Shown: one piece after another, positions 24,026 through 36,686 of the stretch
Numbering within the stretch: position 1 is the stretch's first letter
Layout: each line of letters begins with the position of its first letter
DNA from: Podarcis melisellensis
Taxonomy: Eukaryota
Direction: 5' to 3' (one strand)
Assembly (NCBI GenBank): GCA_964234715.1
Contig: OZ174276.1
DNA length: 64,000 nucleotides
The notes under the pieces: generated by a model
What the model was told of the DNA's origin: nothing
Database searches by the model: none
Seen by the model: only the letters and a program-made list of their open reading frames with translations
Made by a program: the position numbers and the translations under genes

Positions 24026-24602
24026 TGTTAGATAGGTCTCACTCATCTTTGCATGGTCAGTAAGCAAGGTATCCTTTGTGCCATATGGGAGATGAAATTT
24101 GATTATTCACTTTTTGTGCTTGCATCTCCCAGCTCTGAACCTATGATAACTGCTCTAGTGATGTCATCAGATAGGTAAAGAATTTGCTTTCTCTCTCTTC
24201 TCTGTTCGATTATATGTGTGTGGTAGTAAACACTACAACATGATGCCAAAATAGATTGCTTTATACCAAAAAAATGACTATGAAGAGAAGCAACTTGACT
24301 CATTCCCCCACCCACCCCAGTCTCAGTTCCAAGGGCCTTTCTTGTTCCCATTTTGCTAGATCTTGAGGTGCTTCCTCACGAGTCCCAGTGCTCTCCTTCC
24401 ACACACCTCTCTATCCTTGGCAAAACCTTCATAGAAGGGGCCCTGGACTGATAGTGCTGTGTCTGAAAGCAGCCCTTGACACACACACCTCTGTGCCTCA
24501 TTTTTTATTATTGCACAGGATGCAGACAATAATACTGACCTAACTTGCTGGGCATGAGAAGCATTGGTGAGCTAGCCCTTCCCTCAGTACTTTGTCCTAG
24601 GC

Positions 24603-24739
24603 CAGCCTCCCACAACCAGTGCTCTCCGGAAGTGGTTGGACTTCAATTCCCATTAGACCCAGCAAACAAGGTCAGTGGTCAGGGAAGTTGAGAGTTGTAA
24701 TCCAACAACATCTGGAATGGCACAGGCTGCGGAAAGCTG
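24603..24739. mobile_element. Palindromic hAT-type MITE
   Basis: Ends cagcctccc ... ggaaagctg; TSD tcctaggc/tcctatgc; same general family as 2818-2953. Confidence 0.7.
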
Positions 24740-25050
24740 TCCTATGCTGAATTGGGGGGGGGGATCATTCTAATTATTGCCTGTGACACCTAGGTGAAAC
24801 TTGCCCACAGTCACATACTGTGTTTTCCTTCCACCAGGCTCACTAAATCACATCCCAGGGTAACTAACTTTACTATGGGGATAAAGGATATTCAGCCTTT
24901 TGCTTACCAAAGCCAGCTTTGCAGCCCTCTGACTGGGATGTTGGAGGCAGAGGGAGGCTGCCTAAATGGCCTTGCCTTCCTGTGCAAACATTAGAAGCCT
25001 GTTTTAATGTCTCGTATTATGTAAACTTGTATCAATCTGTACTTTACCGT

Positions 25051-25079
25051 GGGTGGGATTTGGGGTGGGGGAGGGAGGG
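25051..25079 (+). other. G-quadruplex-forming motif in the distal 3'UTR
   Basis: GGG T GGG ATTT GGGG T GGGGG A GGG A GGG. Confidence 0.7.
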
Positions 25080-25173
25080 TTTCTGAGGATGATAGATGTA
25101 GCCTGTGTAAAATATCATGTATACTTCCAACATTAAAGGGTGGTGGCTGTTGGGTTTTTTTTTTAGGAAAAGA

Positions 25174-25179
25174 AATAAA
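25174..25179 (+). terminator. Likely distal polyadenylation signal of SH3PXD2B
   Basis: AATAAA preceded by several TGTA (CFIm-type) elements and followed by T-rich sequence at about 25220-25240. Alternative AATAAA hexamers at 21453, 23943 and 25626. Confidence 0.6.
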
Positions 25180-25714
25180 AAAATGAGCTTGACTGGTTTC
25201 AAGCAGAATTGTTACAACACTTTTGCTTTTTTCCTTCTGTCTATCCGACGTGTCAAATGCTGTTTTAACAGAACAAATGCCTCACTTAGGGGGCTGCAAG
25301 GCCCCCCACTCACAGTCCTAGAAAGTGGCCTCTATCTGACTCTCAAAAGAAGCAAGAGTATTGCTTGCTCTTGGTGTAATCTTGCCGGAGCTAAGTTTTT
25401 ACCAAGGTTGTACTGTTTCCTTCTCTGCCATACCTGCTAGAGAAATGGGAATAATGCATTATTTAAAGCGTTAATTTATTAAACACACACAGAGTGGGGG
25501 GGGGGGGCTTCTGCCAAGGCTAGACCTGTTGCAGTAACCTTTTAACATTTTGGAGTAGTTTGAATGCTCAAGCAGCAATGGGGATACAAGTGGTTTGTTA
25601 AACGTTCTATAAAGCTTGCTCGAAAATAAAAAGTCCTTCACCAGAAGTTTTCACAATGAAAGGTAGTAAGCTGTGGTGTCCCATAAGGTCCTCTTTGTTC
25701 ATAAATTACCTGCA

Positions 25715-25812
25715 GCGAGGAATTGTGAAGCGGTCACATGGCGTCAAAGGATCCCAACTGGACTGCAAAGAGCTCCAAAAGTGTTTGTCCAAACTGGGTG
25801 AGTATGCAACAA
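25715..25812 (+). mobile_element. Small CR1 RT fragment
   Basis: Encodes DCKELQKCLSKLGEYAT, resembling the CR1 motif ELQxDLxKLxEWA. Confidence 0.55.
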
Positions 25813-28800
25813 CATTCCTAACTTCGTAGTACACGTGGATGGGATTATCCATGGGTGGTGACACTGCTGGGAAGTTCAGTGAGAATGTGGGGTCAGTGTA
25901 CAGCATCAGGGGTAGCAAACCGCACCATCCACCTCTGCCTGCCATGCGTATAGTGGCTGGGCAGCTGCTGGCCTGTCTGCAGCTGCTGCTCAGCTGCAAT
26001 GGTCCCTTGCTCCTGCTGCTGTTCCCAGCTTATCCTGGGCTGCTCCCCCACACCCAGGCATGGAGTGCAGCTGCTGCAGGGAAGCAGCAGGTGGTGCTTC
26101 ATCAGTTTATTGGAGCATCAGTGGCCTTCCATACGCCACTATGGGCGCACCACTCCTTATTCTGAGGCAAGGGTCCTTCCTTAGCGTGAGGCATTGTCAT
26201 GGTCAAAGCAGTGTTGGTGGAGGCCATTTCTGTGGCTATCTCAGCTTCAAGGTCTCACTCTGGGCCCCTTCCTCAGAGCACAGCAGTGAGGGCAAGGATG
26301 GTTCTACAGCTAGGTGGGGATGGCAAGTCAATCTATTGTGCCAGTGCTGTGATCATATGAAGGTTTGCCAAAATACCCCACCCCTTTCGGGAAGGGGATT
26401 GCTATAGGGTAGAATTCAATGTCATGCTATGGCAAATGTCCCTTCTGAGCCAGTGTGTGCCAATGGAAGCCCTCATGCAAGACTTGTGCTGACAGTACTT
26501 ATTAGGCGAATCCCATCCATTGTGTGTGGGAGGGGGTAGAACTCAGAATCACCCAATGAAGACGGGGCATCTAACTGGGCATGGAGTGTTGATGTGCTGC
26601 TATGGGCAGGGAGAAAAAGAGAATGGAGCATCTTCACTCTACACTGCAACACTTTGCTGCATTTCTCACTTACAGCTGTGTATGTATGTAGATAGATTTT
26701 CCAGTTTATTTGCCCAATAAACAATGCAGTATAGAACAGAAAAAGAATGTTGTGCCACTTAATATCATTTTGCAGGAAGGCAAGCAGTAGGGAGGGTTGT
26801 CATAAGGCCTATAGCTGGAGTCTAGATGTTCCTGCAACAGTGGCATCCAGTATCTTTGCTCCAGGCCAACCTCAAGAACAGGGAGATGAATTCAGGGGTA
26901 AGTACTAAGCCTATTCACCCAGCTCCTCAGAGTCATCCTCCTAGGCTATATTGCTTGTTAAATTTGCCATCCCATGGAGTAGTCCCCCTGCTGCTGAGCA
27001 ATTAAATTACATGCTTGTTTGGAAAAAAATGAAGTCTCTCATATACTTTAGAAATTTGTGCACAGATCAAAAGCTTGTGCGTCTTCCAAGAGAAGTTAAG
27101 TCATTCAGTGGGGATCATTTTGTTTTGCACATCACTCCAGGACCTAACGTTCTGGACTTACCAACAGTAAGAAAGGAGCAACTGTTTTGAGTTCCAGGAG
27201 GGAAAGATAAGGAGCCCCTTTTGTGCTTATGATATGACCTGCTTCTAGCCTTCTTTAGTGCAGTTCTGAGCTTCAAATGACCACTATGTGGTGCTATTAA
27301 TGCAATTACCCAAATCTTGTTTCCCCCATTGCATTAAGCCTTGTAACTGTCGAGTAGCACCTGTTAGCTAGAGGCAGCGGTGGAAGTGAATTTCTGGTCT
27401 TCAGCTGCTGCCTTTGATCTCTTCAGTTAGTCCCTGATAAATTACTCAGAAGCAACGTAGCAGAAATGGAAATGCAGGAAGCTGAGTAGTTTTGCATGTG
27501 CCTTAAGGCTTGGTTATAATTACGTATGGGGTGCCTGGCTCTCAACAATCCTGCCCTTGTGCTGTTAGGAGCCAAAGGAATGGCAGTGCTACTTGGCATT
27601 TAGCAGCCCAGACCCATGTTATATTGTAGGAGCTAAAGGCGGCTTATTGTAGTATATGAGGTGAAAGTCACGGTGAAGACCAGAGGGCTAGTATTATCAA
27701 CTGACTGCAGGATGGCTTCCCATACCAACCCCCACCTTCAGTTGTCCTAGCACTCCAGTTGCAAATTTTACTTGGTTGAATGCCTCTCACTTTTGCCTTG
27801 TTCCTAAATTGTGCTTGGGCTTGACAGACAGCAAAGCACATGGCAAGGAAGTATCTTGGGCTTGAATTGACTGATGGGGAGCCATTGTGTTCTGTTCACC
27901 GTAGTCCAAGCTGCACTGTGGGTGGCAGCCAACCTTACGGTGTTAATAACCCAAAAACCCATCGTCTCAACACTGGCTTCCTTCCTAATGGAGAGGCACA
28001 GGGAGCAGATTGCACCACACCCAGAATTCCCTGGAGCCCTGATAAAGAGAAGGTTGTTGGCAGCAGCTTGAGACTTTTACCTGTTATAATGATTAAACTG
28101 AAATTCAAATGCATTCACCATTTCCATTCCAGACAGCATTAACTGCCATGCTTGTGTCCAAATAACCAAGCAGGTTGCATTAGAAGTGGTTTTAGATTAT
28201 TTACTTCCATTGTTTGTTTGTTTCTCTCTCTGAGAAACTAAGACCTGGAAGGGCCACCTAAATGAGCAACAGCACAGTGGGATGGAAATGATGGAAGTAT
28301 TGTGCTTTTCAAGCCATGTTCTCAATTACATTAATTGTGACAGAGACACACTTTTTCTGGTTGCTTGCCCATCATTGGTCTTTTATTTGCTCCCAAGAGT
28401 TGTTGAAATATGTACAGGAAGTCCAAGTCGCACGTCTCACTTGTTTCCACACATAACTGCTCTTAAAATGGAAGCCTTCCATGATTATCTTAATGTCTGA
28501 AAAGTGTATAAACCCCATAATAGACAGCATGGCGAATTTGTGAAAATTCATTTTGGCAGAGGTGACCATGTGAGTAGCAATTCTATGCTTCAGTTAATGG
28601 GATATAAGGTAGCAAAAGTGTAAACAGAACTCGTGTTACATTCTTATGAGCAATCTCCTCTGATATTAGCATCTAAGATGGTATCCTGCTTTCAGGGCCT
28701 GATTGTTTACGTGTCCTGATAGGGTTGCTTAAATGTTGACATGTTTTTTGTCTGCTGACTTTTCAGTTGTTTTAAAATGCTTTTTATTGATAACTTTAAT

Positions 28801-30254
28801 ATTTCTTGGAAACTGCCTAGTGGTTTTATTACAACCAAGTGGTATATAATTTTATTAAATAAATAAATATTACTTATTAACTGAGGGACAGAAAAGCAAT
28901 ATCAATTAAAAACCTTTTGCACCTTCAGGTAATTAGTTAGCCTAAGATGTTACAGTTAAGTCTTGGTATTTTCACTCTTTGCAAGAAATATGCTAGTGCC
29001 CAGTTATTGAAGTGACTGAATGTCAAGCAAAAATGGTTTGGGAGTTGTCTCTACTGTATGCTTTTTGTAACCTTCCAGGGCCTCTTGCCATCCTTCCATG
29101 TCACAAGCATTAGAATCTGTCAAATTATCTACAGTGAAATGGAAAATGATGTGACAACCTAGCTTAACGTAAGCCTGGGAGGATTTGCCGACAGCTACAG
29201 GTAGGCAAGGGACCATGACTCCTTTTAGAGTTGAAAGATGCTGAATTGATAGCTTCTCTTTTTTTTTTTAAAAAAAAAGGCAAGCTGTCTTGGAAACCCC
29301 TGAACTATCCATTTACAGTAGCTGTCTTGCATTCTGATATTGTTAGTGTCTGTGGCCCCACTGTCTGTGTCATATGTAGAGGAGTTAGGACTCTTGTGCA
29401 GGAGCAGAGTGTAGTGATACAAGTGGTAAAGTCACTCTTGTTAGTGTACTTTGCAGTGGTGGAACCAGAATAGTCTTTTCAGCTCTCGTAGTTGACATGG
29501 TAAATAAACATAGAGTTTGGAGGATATGTTGGATCCCCTTTTGGGGCGAACTCCTGTTAATTTTCCATACTGGCTTTGCACATAACACCTTTGTGCGTGA
29601 GAGTAGAGTGAAAAGGTGGTTTACTCTGCATTGGCGACACTAAGCAGTATGGGTTGCTTCACAAATTTCAGATATTGAACACTAGCCAACATTTTGCTTA
29701 TCACCCTGTGTACATTTCCCAGTAGTCAGTTTATTAGCAGGCTACTGTGTGTCCCTTTGTGCAAGCTGTGGTTAAACTAGGAAGTCTCCAAAACATCAAG
29801 GATCTCAAATCAGCTTCAACCCACATGCTGGGTTGGTCTAAAGCAGGTAACCATATTGTTCCAGTTTGGACAAAAATGGCAAACTGTTTCATTTGTGGCT
29901 TCCTGGTTTAACCACAGCTCACATGAACAGGCAAAAGTCATGAGGCATGGTCATCTGAATGCTGGCCTGGATCCATTGATCTTTTGATTTGTTCTCATTT
30001 TCACCCCAACTTTTAACAAGTCACCTTAACAACAGGACCAATGGTAGTCCTGCATATAGATTGGATTTTTACCAGAGGCAACAAAGGGCACTACAGGTGC
30101 AGGCAAACTTAAGCAGCAAATCCCTGTTTATTGAAGGTGAAAGGTCTGGGCAAGAGCCATCAAAGAAGTTTCAGGTTGCAAGGAGCTGCTTCTAAAGCCT
30201 ATAACAGACATGCTCTCTGCTTTTACCATTTTTTCCCCTTCAGGCCGGTGGGAA

Positions 30255-33200
30255 TATTTTACAAGCCAACATTTTATTTGTTTCATAAAACAGGTAAAAT
30301 TTTATATTAATGTAAAACAGAACAAAATAAAAAACATACACACACACACTACAGATCACAATGCTAGAGAGTATTAACATGTAGAGAAGTGCAAACGTCC
30401 CTCCCCAAAGAATCTGCATTGAAAGTTCTATTACAGAGAGATTAAACTCTGGCTTGTTTGAGAATGTGATATACAGATCACTGTCATGAACCAGAAAAAT
30501 ATCAAGAAGTTTCAGAAATCTCAAAACTTTTTAAAAAGCTTTTATACAAAGAGGAGATGGGGAGGAGGACGGCAGCAAAGTTTCAATTAAAACATAAAAT
30601 TTTCACTCCAATATAAAAAAAGAGCAAAGTTCTTGGTGAACACATAAAATTCTATAAAAACTACCAACCATCGATTAGGGTCTTTTTCTCCCTCCATTTT
30701 TAAAAGTAGCATTAAAAAGGATAAAAAGTGCACAGACACCTTATAAGGCACAAACAGATCTTCTGAACAGATACTTTTCTCAAAACGAAACAAAAAAAGC
30801 AATAGCAAGAACAAGTTGCTAAATAGCCTCTACTTCCTAAAAGTTGTCTGTCAGAGTTTGAGAATTCCTTGTGAGACTGGAATAAGTAAAGCTGCATGTC
30901 CATTAACGCTGCTTCCCCAGCTTGCTTCACAGCAACACTTAGGCTGTGGACTTAACTCTGCCTAATAAAGCCCATGTCAGATGCTGCTCCTTTTGGGCAG
31001 TCTGTTCCCAACAGAAAAGATTAAACACCGTATGTCTTTTCCTCCACTTATTTTGAACTATCATAGGTCTACAAATTTCTTTTTCAAAATACCATTGCAG
31101 TTGGAAGCTAGTAAAGTAAAAAGGCACACCTTTCCAAGATCGCTTGTAGCACAACTTGTCAATGCAGAAGTCAGCTCCGTTGGGACTAATGGGACTTACT
31201 GCCAGGTGTATGTGGTGTATAGGCTTCTGTTTGGAAACTAGTTCTAGCCCAAAGGTATCTAAGGGCAATGCCCAGGGGGTGCTTTGCTATGACACCAAAA
31301 AGGGGATGGGAACAATCCAACTCCAAGTTACCCAGGGAGTTGGGAGTAGAATGGAAGGTAGTGATCAGTACTGATCAGCAAACCCACTGACTACAAAAAT
31401 TGTCACCCTTCTTTAGAATTACATCTCTGCAAAAGTGTAAATTTGTTGACTTCTTTCTGGTAAGCTTCTCCAGAGCTTAACTCTAGCTGCAGTGGTGGCA
31501 GCTGCGACAAATAAATTTCATTCATATTAACTCTGTGATTCATAGTTATGTCGCTCAGTGGCATCTTAGGTAAGCAGGATGGAATTGAGGATGGAATTGA
31601 GATGCTAGGAATATATTCATGCCTTGTCCCCAGCAAACATCTGGCACTGTGGTCATGCGCAGCTAGCAGCACCTGAAATAGAGTGGAAAGACCCCCTTGG
31701 AACACATGTCAGTAAGTGGGCAGCCCCTTCCATGTTGCTGGCTTGACTCAGCTTCATAATAAGAAGGTAAGAAGTTTTGCTTTACACAAGTATCTCTATG
31801 AAGTATTAACAGCAAATAGACAGCAGCATGGTGAAAAATAACTTTTGGAGGATCTGCCTTTCGTGCACAGAGCTTGACAGCAGTGCTAACAATGGCAATT
31901 AACTTAGCAGGTGATTAAATAATTGCAATCAGCTGAGTGGCTTTGCCCTTTCTCTCTGCTTTTTAACGTATTATTGTGCAACTAGTAGCCCAAGTTAAAT
32001 CTGCTCCCTTTCTCAATTCAAGCATCACATCTCCTCTGCCCCCTAAACGTTTCAGCTGTCCATCATTAACATGCACAACAGGGTCAGAAGCTGACACCAG
32101 CAAAAGCTAATTGTGGAGGTCAAGAAATGCAAAGATCCGCTCTTTAAGGTGGATGCAACAACCTGGAATCATCTTGTGATGGGCAGTGTTACTTGCTTTA
32201 ACAATGCTGCTTGCATAATGCCTCCCATGTTGTGCAGTTATAGCATTATCTGCATTATTAATTGTCTCCTCCATGGTTATAGACTACAGCTGACGGTGCA
32301 AAAATTAAATGTAAATGCTCATGGAGATTCTTAATCACTGACTAGGACTCCTGTTTGGTTTTAGGAGGTCTCAGTTACTTATCTCATCACAAAGCAGCTG
32401 CATTCCATGTAGGCAAAAGTTGTTTATAGAGTAACTGATGGCATTTTTAAACTAACCTCGCTGCCCTTCACATTTCCGTATGGTAATTAGGATACTCAAA
32501 ACTATTGTAAAGTTACTGGAAGTCATCATGCACCACAGTGTTGTCCCAAACCACTCTAAAATGGAAAAGAAACAGGCTTTCCTGTTGACAAAGATATTAT
32601 CTGCACCTTTAAAGAAAATGGAAACTTATCTGTCTTGTTTGATGCCTTTCCTTATGCAATATGTAACTGTAGCCAGTGGCAATTTAAGACTGCTAGGATT
32701 GTGTCATTGGCATTCATTGGCTTCCAGTGCAGCCCACAAACGATGCTAGTACAGCAACTTTGCCAGGAGCTAAAGGTTAGAAAAGCATTTAAACTAAAGA
32801 CAGAGGAGAAGAGAGGCTCAGCTACCCAATGAGGTACAGCTACCATGTTGCTCAAAGGACTATGAGAAGCTTAGTCCACACATTTTTTTCTACAAAGCAC
32901 TCCATATTCCCTAAACATAATTTGTCCCTCTAAAGCCATTGCTGTCTTCCACCTTAAACTATGTATTGTTTTCCACACTAAGGGATCCACATGCCTTGTC
33001 ATTTATGGCCAAAATTTGCACTGGCTTACATTTCCCTTATTGGCAGCACAGCATATCAAAATACGCTGTCCAAAAGGAAAACTGCCTTCTTCCTGCTAGA
33101 AGGGCCCCATAGGCTCAGAATAGCTGTTTTATGGGAAAGAATGCAGCCATATATTGGGGCTGAGAATGGCTCCTAGCAGGCTCCCAAGTAAGCATTTCTG

Positions 33201-34736
33201 CCCTGGGAAGACCTACAAGCTGCTCCACCACAGTAGATCCTAGGATCTCGTCATAAATCAGCTAAAACATCAGGATCACAGCTTTAGAGCATCTGTTGCA
33301 CAATGGAATGGAATGCCTCTATTGTGGTGGAAGCAGCAAAAAGCCTGCTCTGAATAAATTCTACTGCTTTTAGATGACAATGGGACAGGTTGCCTATGGG
33401 CAACTACAGTTTGTGTGCATTGTAGTAGGATGCTGCCACACAAAGACTGAGCAAGGAAAGAATTGGCGGATAGGTCAAGCAAAGTTGCTTTATTGCTTGC
33501 ATGGCACCTCTCCCCTAAAGCCCCAAGACATTTCACATCCCATTCAGGCTAGTGTAGAGTTCAGAGGTTCCTATAACCACAATCAAAATGCATTTATCTT
33601 AAAAGCCGGAGCATCTAATAATAGCTTGCAAATTCTTTTTCCAACAAACAATGCCAAGAAAAGGGCTTTTAAATTTCAGTAAGATGCCTCTATTGTGGAG
33701 TAGATGACAACTTCCTGGAGAGGAAGAAATGAGAGATTCCACATGGCTGCATACTTTACTGACAAAATCTCTGGGGAGTAATAGAGGAAAACATCCATCA
33801 GCTGTTTGCACAAATTTCAAGAGAGGGAACTCTGGACATTTGAAACCTAACAGTCCCCATCAGCTTTCTTTCTTTGTAGCTTGGTTCTAAGCATGGTTCT
33901 TGCTGTGACGATTCAGAACCGCCATGCAAGAAGCTGCTTGTGCATGCAGAGGCTTACTCCTACCAATACGTTAACACTCTCCAGCTACAGAAGTGCTTCA
34001 CAGTTGCTCAGTGCAACAGGACGCTTACATCTGTGACTTACAAAGGAGGAAAGTAGGATTGTTTACTTGCTGTGTTCCAAGGACATCGATAGCTTTTTCT
34101 TCACTATTCCTCATACCTGCTTCCCCTGTTGAACCATAAATGAGAAAAAGTGCCTTGAAGGAAGCAAATGTCATCCATTGCCTATTCCCCACAATTTTTA
34201 CAAGATGACAGGAGTAATTTCACTCCACAGTGCCTCTGTTAAATCTTCCCCATATATTCCTCCCTGTTTGAAATTGCCTGAGTGCTGTTTCAGTAATTAA
34301 ACTGCCTAATTCAGTAAATATCCCATGATTATGGTGGGGGGAGGTGCCCAGAATTATTATTATTATTAATTCAAACAATTGTTTTTTTATGTTATTTTCT
34401 TTTGCTGGGTGGGGAGAGACTCCTCATGGCAAAGGTACTTACAGCTCAGCCCCCACCGCTACCTTAACCCTGCAGAGCAGCATCTTGATGAAGCTCTTCC
34501 CACTCAGCAGCTGTACCTTCGGCATCTACAAGGACCAGAGTGTTTCCCAGATCACTTAATTATCCCTGATTGGTTCCTACTGGTCAAAACACAGAAATAT
34601 AGACAAAAGAGCCACTCTGTAACCAGCACAATAACCCATAAGCGGTGACAGTAAGTTGTGGCAATGAGTAACAACATCCTTCCTCCTGCCCCCTCACCCC
34701 CTCCACACACACCCTCAGGACGGCTGGAAATGGGGT
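30255..34736 (-). other. NEURL1B: Probable long 3'UTR of NEURL1B
   Basis: Spans the stop codon (34737) to the AATAAA at 30273; repeat-poor; contains several canonical miRNA seed matches. Confidence 0.6.
30273..30278 (-). terminator. Likely polyadenylation signal of NEURL1B
   Basis: tttatt on + is AATAAA on -. It lies at the end of a U-rich, TGTA-rich 3'UTR-like block (30280-30800). Confidence 0.6.
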
Positions 34737-34981
34737 TTAAGGGCGGTAGATTTTAATAATGTCTTTGATGACCCGTCGGCAGATTGGGCAGCAGGCATTG
34801 AGTTGTTTCTTCAGCTTAAGACCACAGGTGTTGCAGAGGCACATGTGTCCACAGGTGTAGATCACCACGTCCACCTCGTTGTCAAAGCAAACGGTGCACT
34901 CGCCATTCTTGCTGCTTGACGGCTCCGGAGGTGGGAACACGGGAGACACTGGAGGGCTCAGAGGTGAACTTGGAGCAGTCA
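34737..34981 (-). CDS. NEURL1B: NEURL1B last coding exon: C3HC4 RING finger
   Basis: ccttgcag|TG acceptor. Encodes [16 protein letters not shown]...[25 protein letters not shown]...[18 protein letters not shown], a typical Neuralized C-terminus. Confidence 0.97.
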
Positions 34982-36326
34982 CTGCAAGGAATGGGGAACA
35001 GAGAAACCTCGAGTCAGAACCACTTCCCTTTAATCTGAGCCTCTTATGTCAGGCTGCAAAGAAAAATGGGGAACGTAATAGGGTTGCTTCCTTTAGACAA
35101 AAGTGCTATGAACAAAAAGGTTGGGGGGATGTTTTAAAACCAGCAACACTTTGACACAGAGAGGGAACAGCAGAACTCAAGAAATGTTTGCATATATACC
35201 CTTTGTGGGAAGTAAAACCTCTATCAAGCCTGTTTCCACATTTGTCATTTAGGAGGTTTTTAAAGATCAAAAGACATGCAGTATGACTTGCATGGGGTGC
35301 TGCTAGATAGACTTTGTCTATCATGATTTGTCCCTGCTGTGGCTGTTGCAGGAACCACTTATCCATTCTGTTTCGCTGCCTGGCAGTCACGCCGGCTGCA
35401 GCAACTTTCCAAATATGGTATTTGCAAGGGGTGGGGTACTTTCTTTAAAAGTCCATTTCTAAAGTGCATAGCAGAATATTCAGGTGAATTTTATATTAAA
35501 ACTTATCACAGAAACAAGCTGGCTTCTTTAAAAATTATTTACAGTAACTGGTACAGCAGCTCTGCATTTAATGAATGGGATTTGGGGCTGTTCGTAGCTA
35601 CCTGGCGTTAATATTTGTATGGTCGGAGATTTAATAATTCAATAAATAAAAGTACTAAGAAAATGTTTTCAATCATATACTTTGTATTCTAAAGCTCCAT
35701 TAATAGAATCCTATAGCATGAACTTTGAACCAGCAAAGGATGTTTTACCAGCTCTTAATATTTCTGGAGCAGAGTAGCTCATGATGATAGATTAAGCAGT
35801 ATTGGCTTTCATCCAGCTGTGGTTCAGTAGTCCATATTTCACTCATCAATAGGAACTTCAATGACAGTTGAATTTTGGGTTGTTGTTTTTTAATACAAAT
35901 GATTTTGTATTGCATTTCATGTTCTATCTACCCTGGTTCTGCAAAAACCACATGTTACAGCCATAGCATAGGACAGCTCTTCATACACAAGGTCATTTCT
36001 TGTTACAAATGTCACATGGGGACCATATGGCCCCAACCAAAGGAGCCCCTTGTGGAGCAGTTCATGAAACCACTGTGGGAATAGACCAGGGCTGAGGAAC
36101 CTGCGGCCCTCCTGATGTTGGACTCATGACCATTTCCATCATTCCCACCCATTGGCCATGCCTGCTGGGGCTGATGAGAATTGGCATCCACCAAAGATTC
36201 CCCACCTTTGAGATAGACAAACAATGGCTCTGTGGGAGCACTGGGGCAGTACCTTGCTCCCCTTCCCCTAAAACAGGCTGCCATGCAATGGTTTTCCTGT
36301 TCAGGTAAAGTGGGGCATCTACTCTT

Positions 36327-36533
36327 GGGAGCCAGCATGGTGTAGTGGTTAAGAGCAGTGGACTCATAATCTGGTGAACTGGGTTCGCTTCCCCGCACCT
36401 CCACATGCAGCCGCTGGGTGACCTGGGGCTAGTCACACTTATCTGAAGTATCTCAGCCTCACTCACCTCACGGAAGGGAAAAGAAGATTAAGGGGAGTGA
36501 AAGGCGGGATATCAAGTCCAAACTCCTCCTCTT
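36327..36533 (+). mobile_element. tRNA-derived SINE (Squam3-like), copy 2, internally deleted
   Basis: Highly similar to 18404-18639, with intact head gggagccagcatggtgtagtggttaagagc. Confidence 0.85.
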
Positions 36534-36576
36534 ACTCATGACAGGTTTGTAAAGTAGCTTTAGTTTCTCTAGGCTT

Positions 36577-36686
36577 CACAGAATTGTAGAGTTAGAAGGG
36601 ACCATGAGCAATATTTTGCCCTATGCGGGGCTCAAACGCACAACCCTGAGTTTAATAGTCCCATGCTCTACCAACTGAGCCATCCC
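36577..36686 (-). mobile_element. tRNA-Lys-derived SINE or pseudogene with CR1-type 3' tail
   Basis: Minus strand ggatggctcagttggtagagcatgggactattaaactcagggttgtgcgtttgagccccgcataggg resembles tRNA-Lys(CTT), followed by tcccttctaactctacaattctgtg. Confidence 0.7.

Larger units (their letters stand above)
20651..25200 (+). other. SH3PXD2B: Probable long 3'UTR of SH3PXD2B
   Basis: Follows the stop codon; AU-rich start; TGTA-rich terminal block leading to AATAAA at 25174. The end position is inferred. Confidence 0.6.

Noticed and set aside
25706-26407. Cluster of overlapping ~100-aa ORFs in the intergenic region
   Set aside because: GC-rich, CTG/CAG-rich low-complexity sequence plus a CR1 scrap; no splice structure or recognisable homology.
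36610-36686. Functional tRNA-Lys gene
   Set aside because: Mutated anticodon loop and T-loop, poor acceptor stem, and an attached LINE-like tail indicate a SINE or pseudogene.
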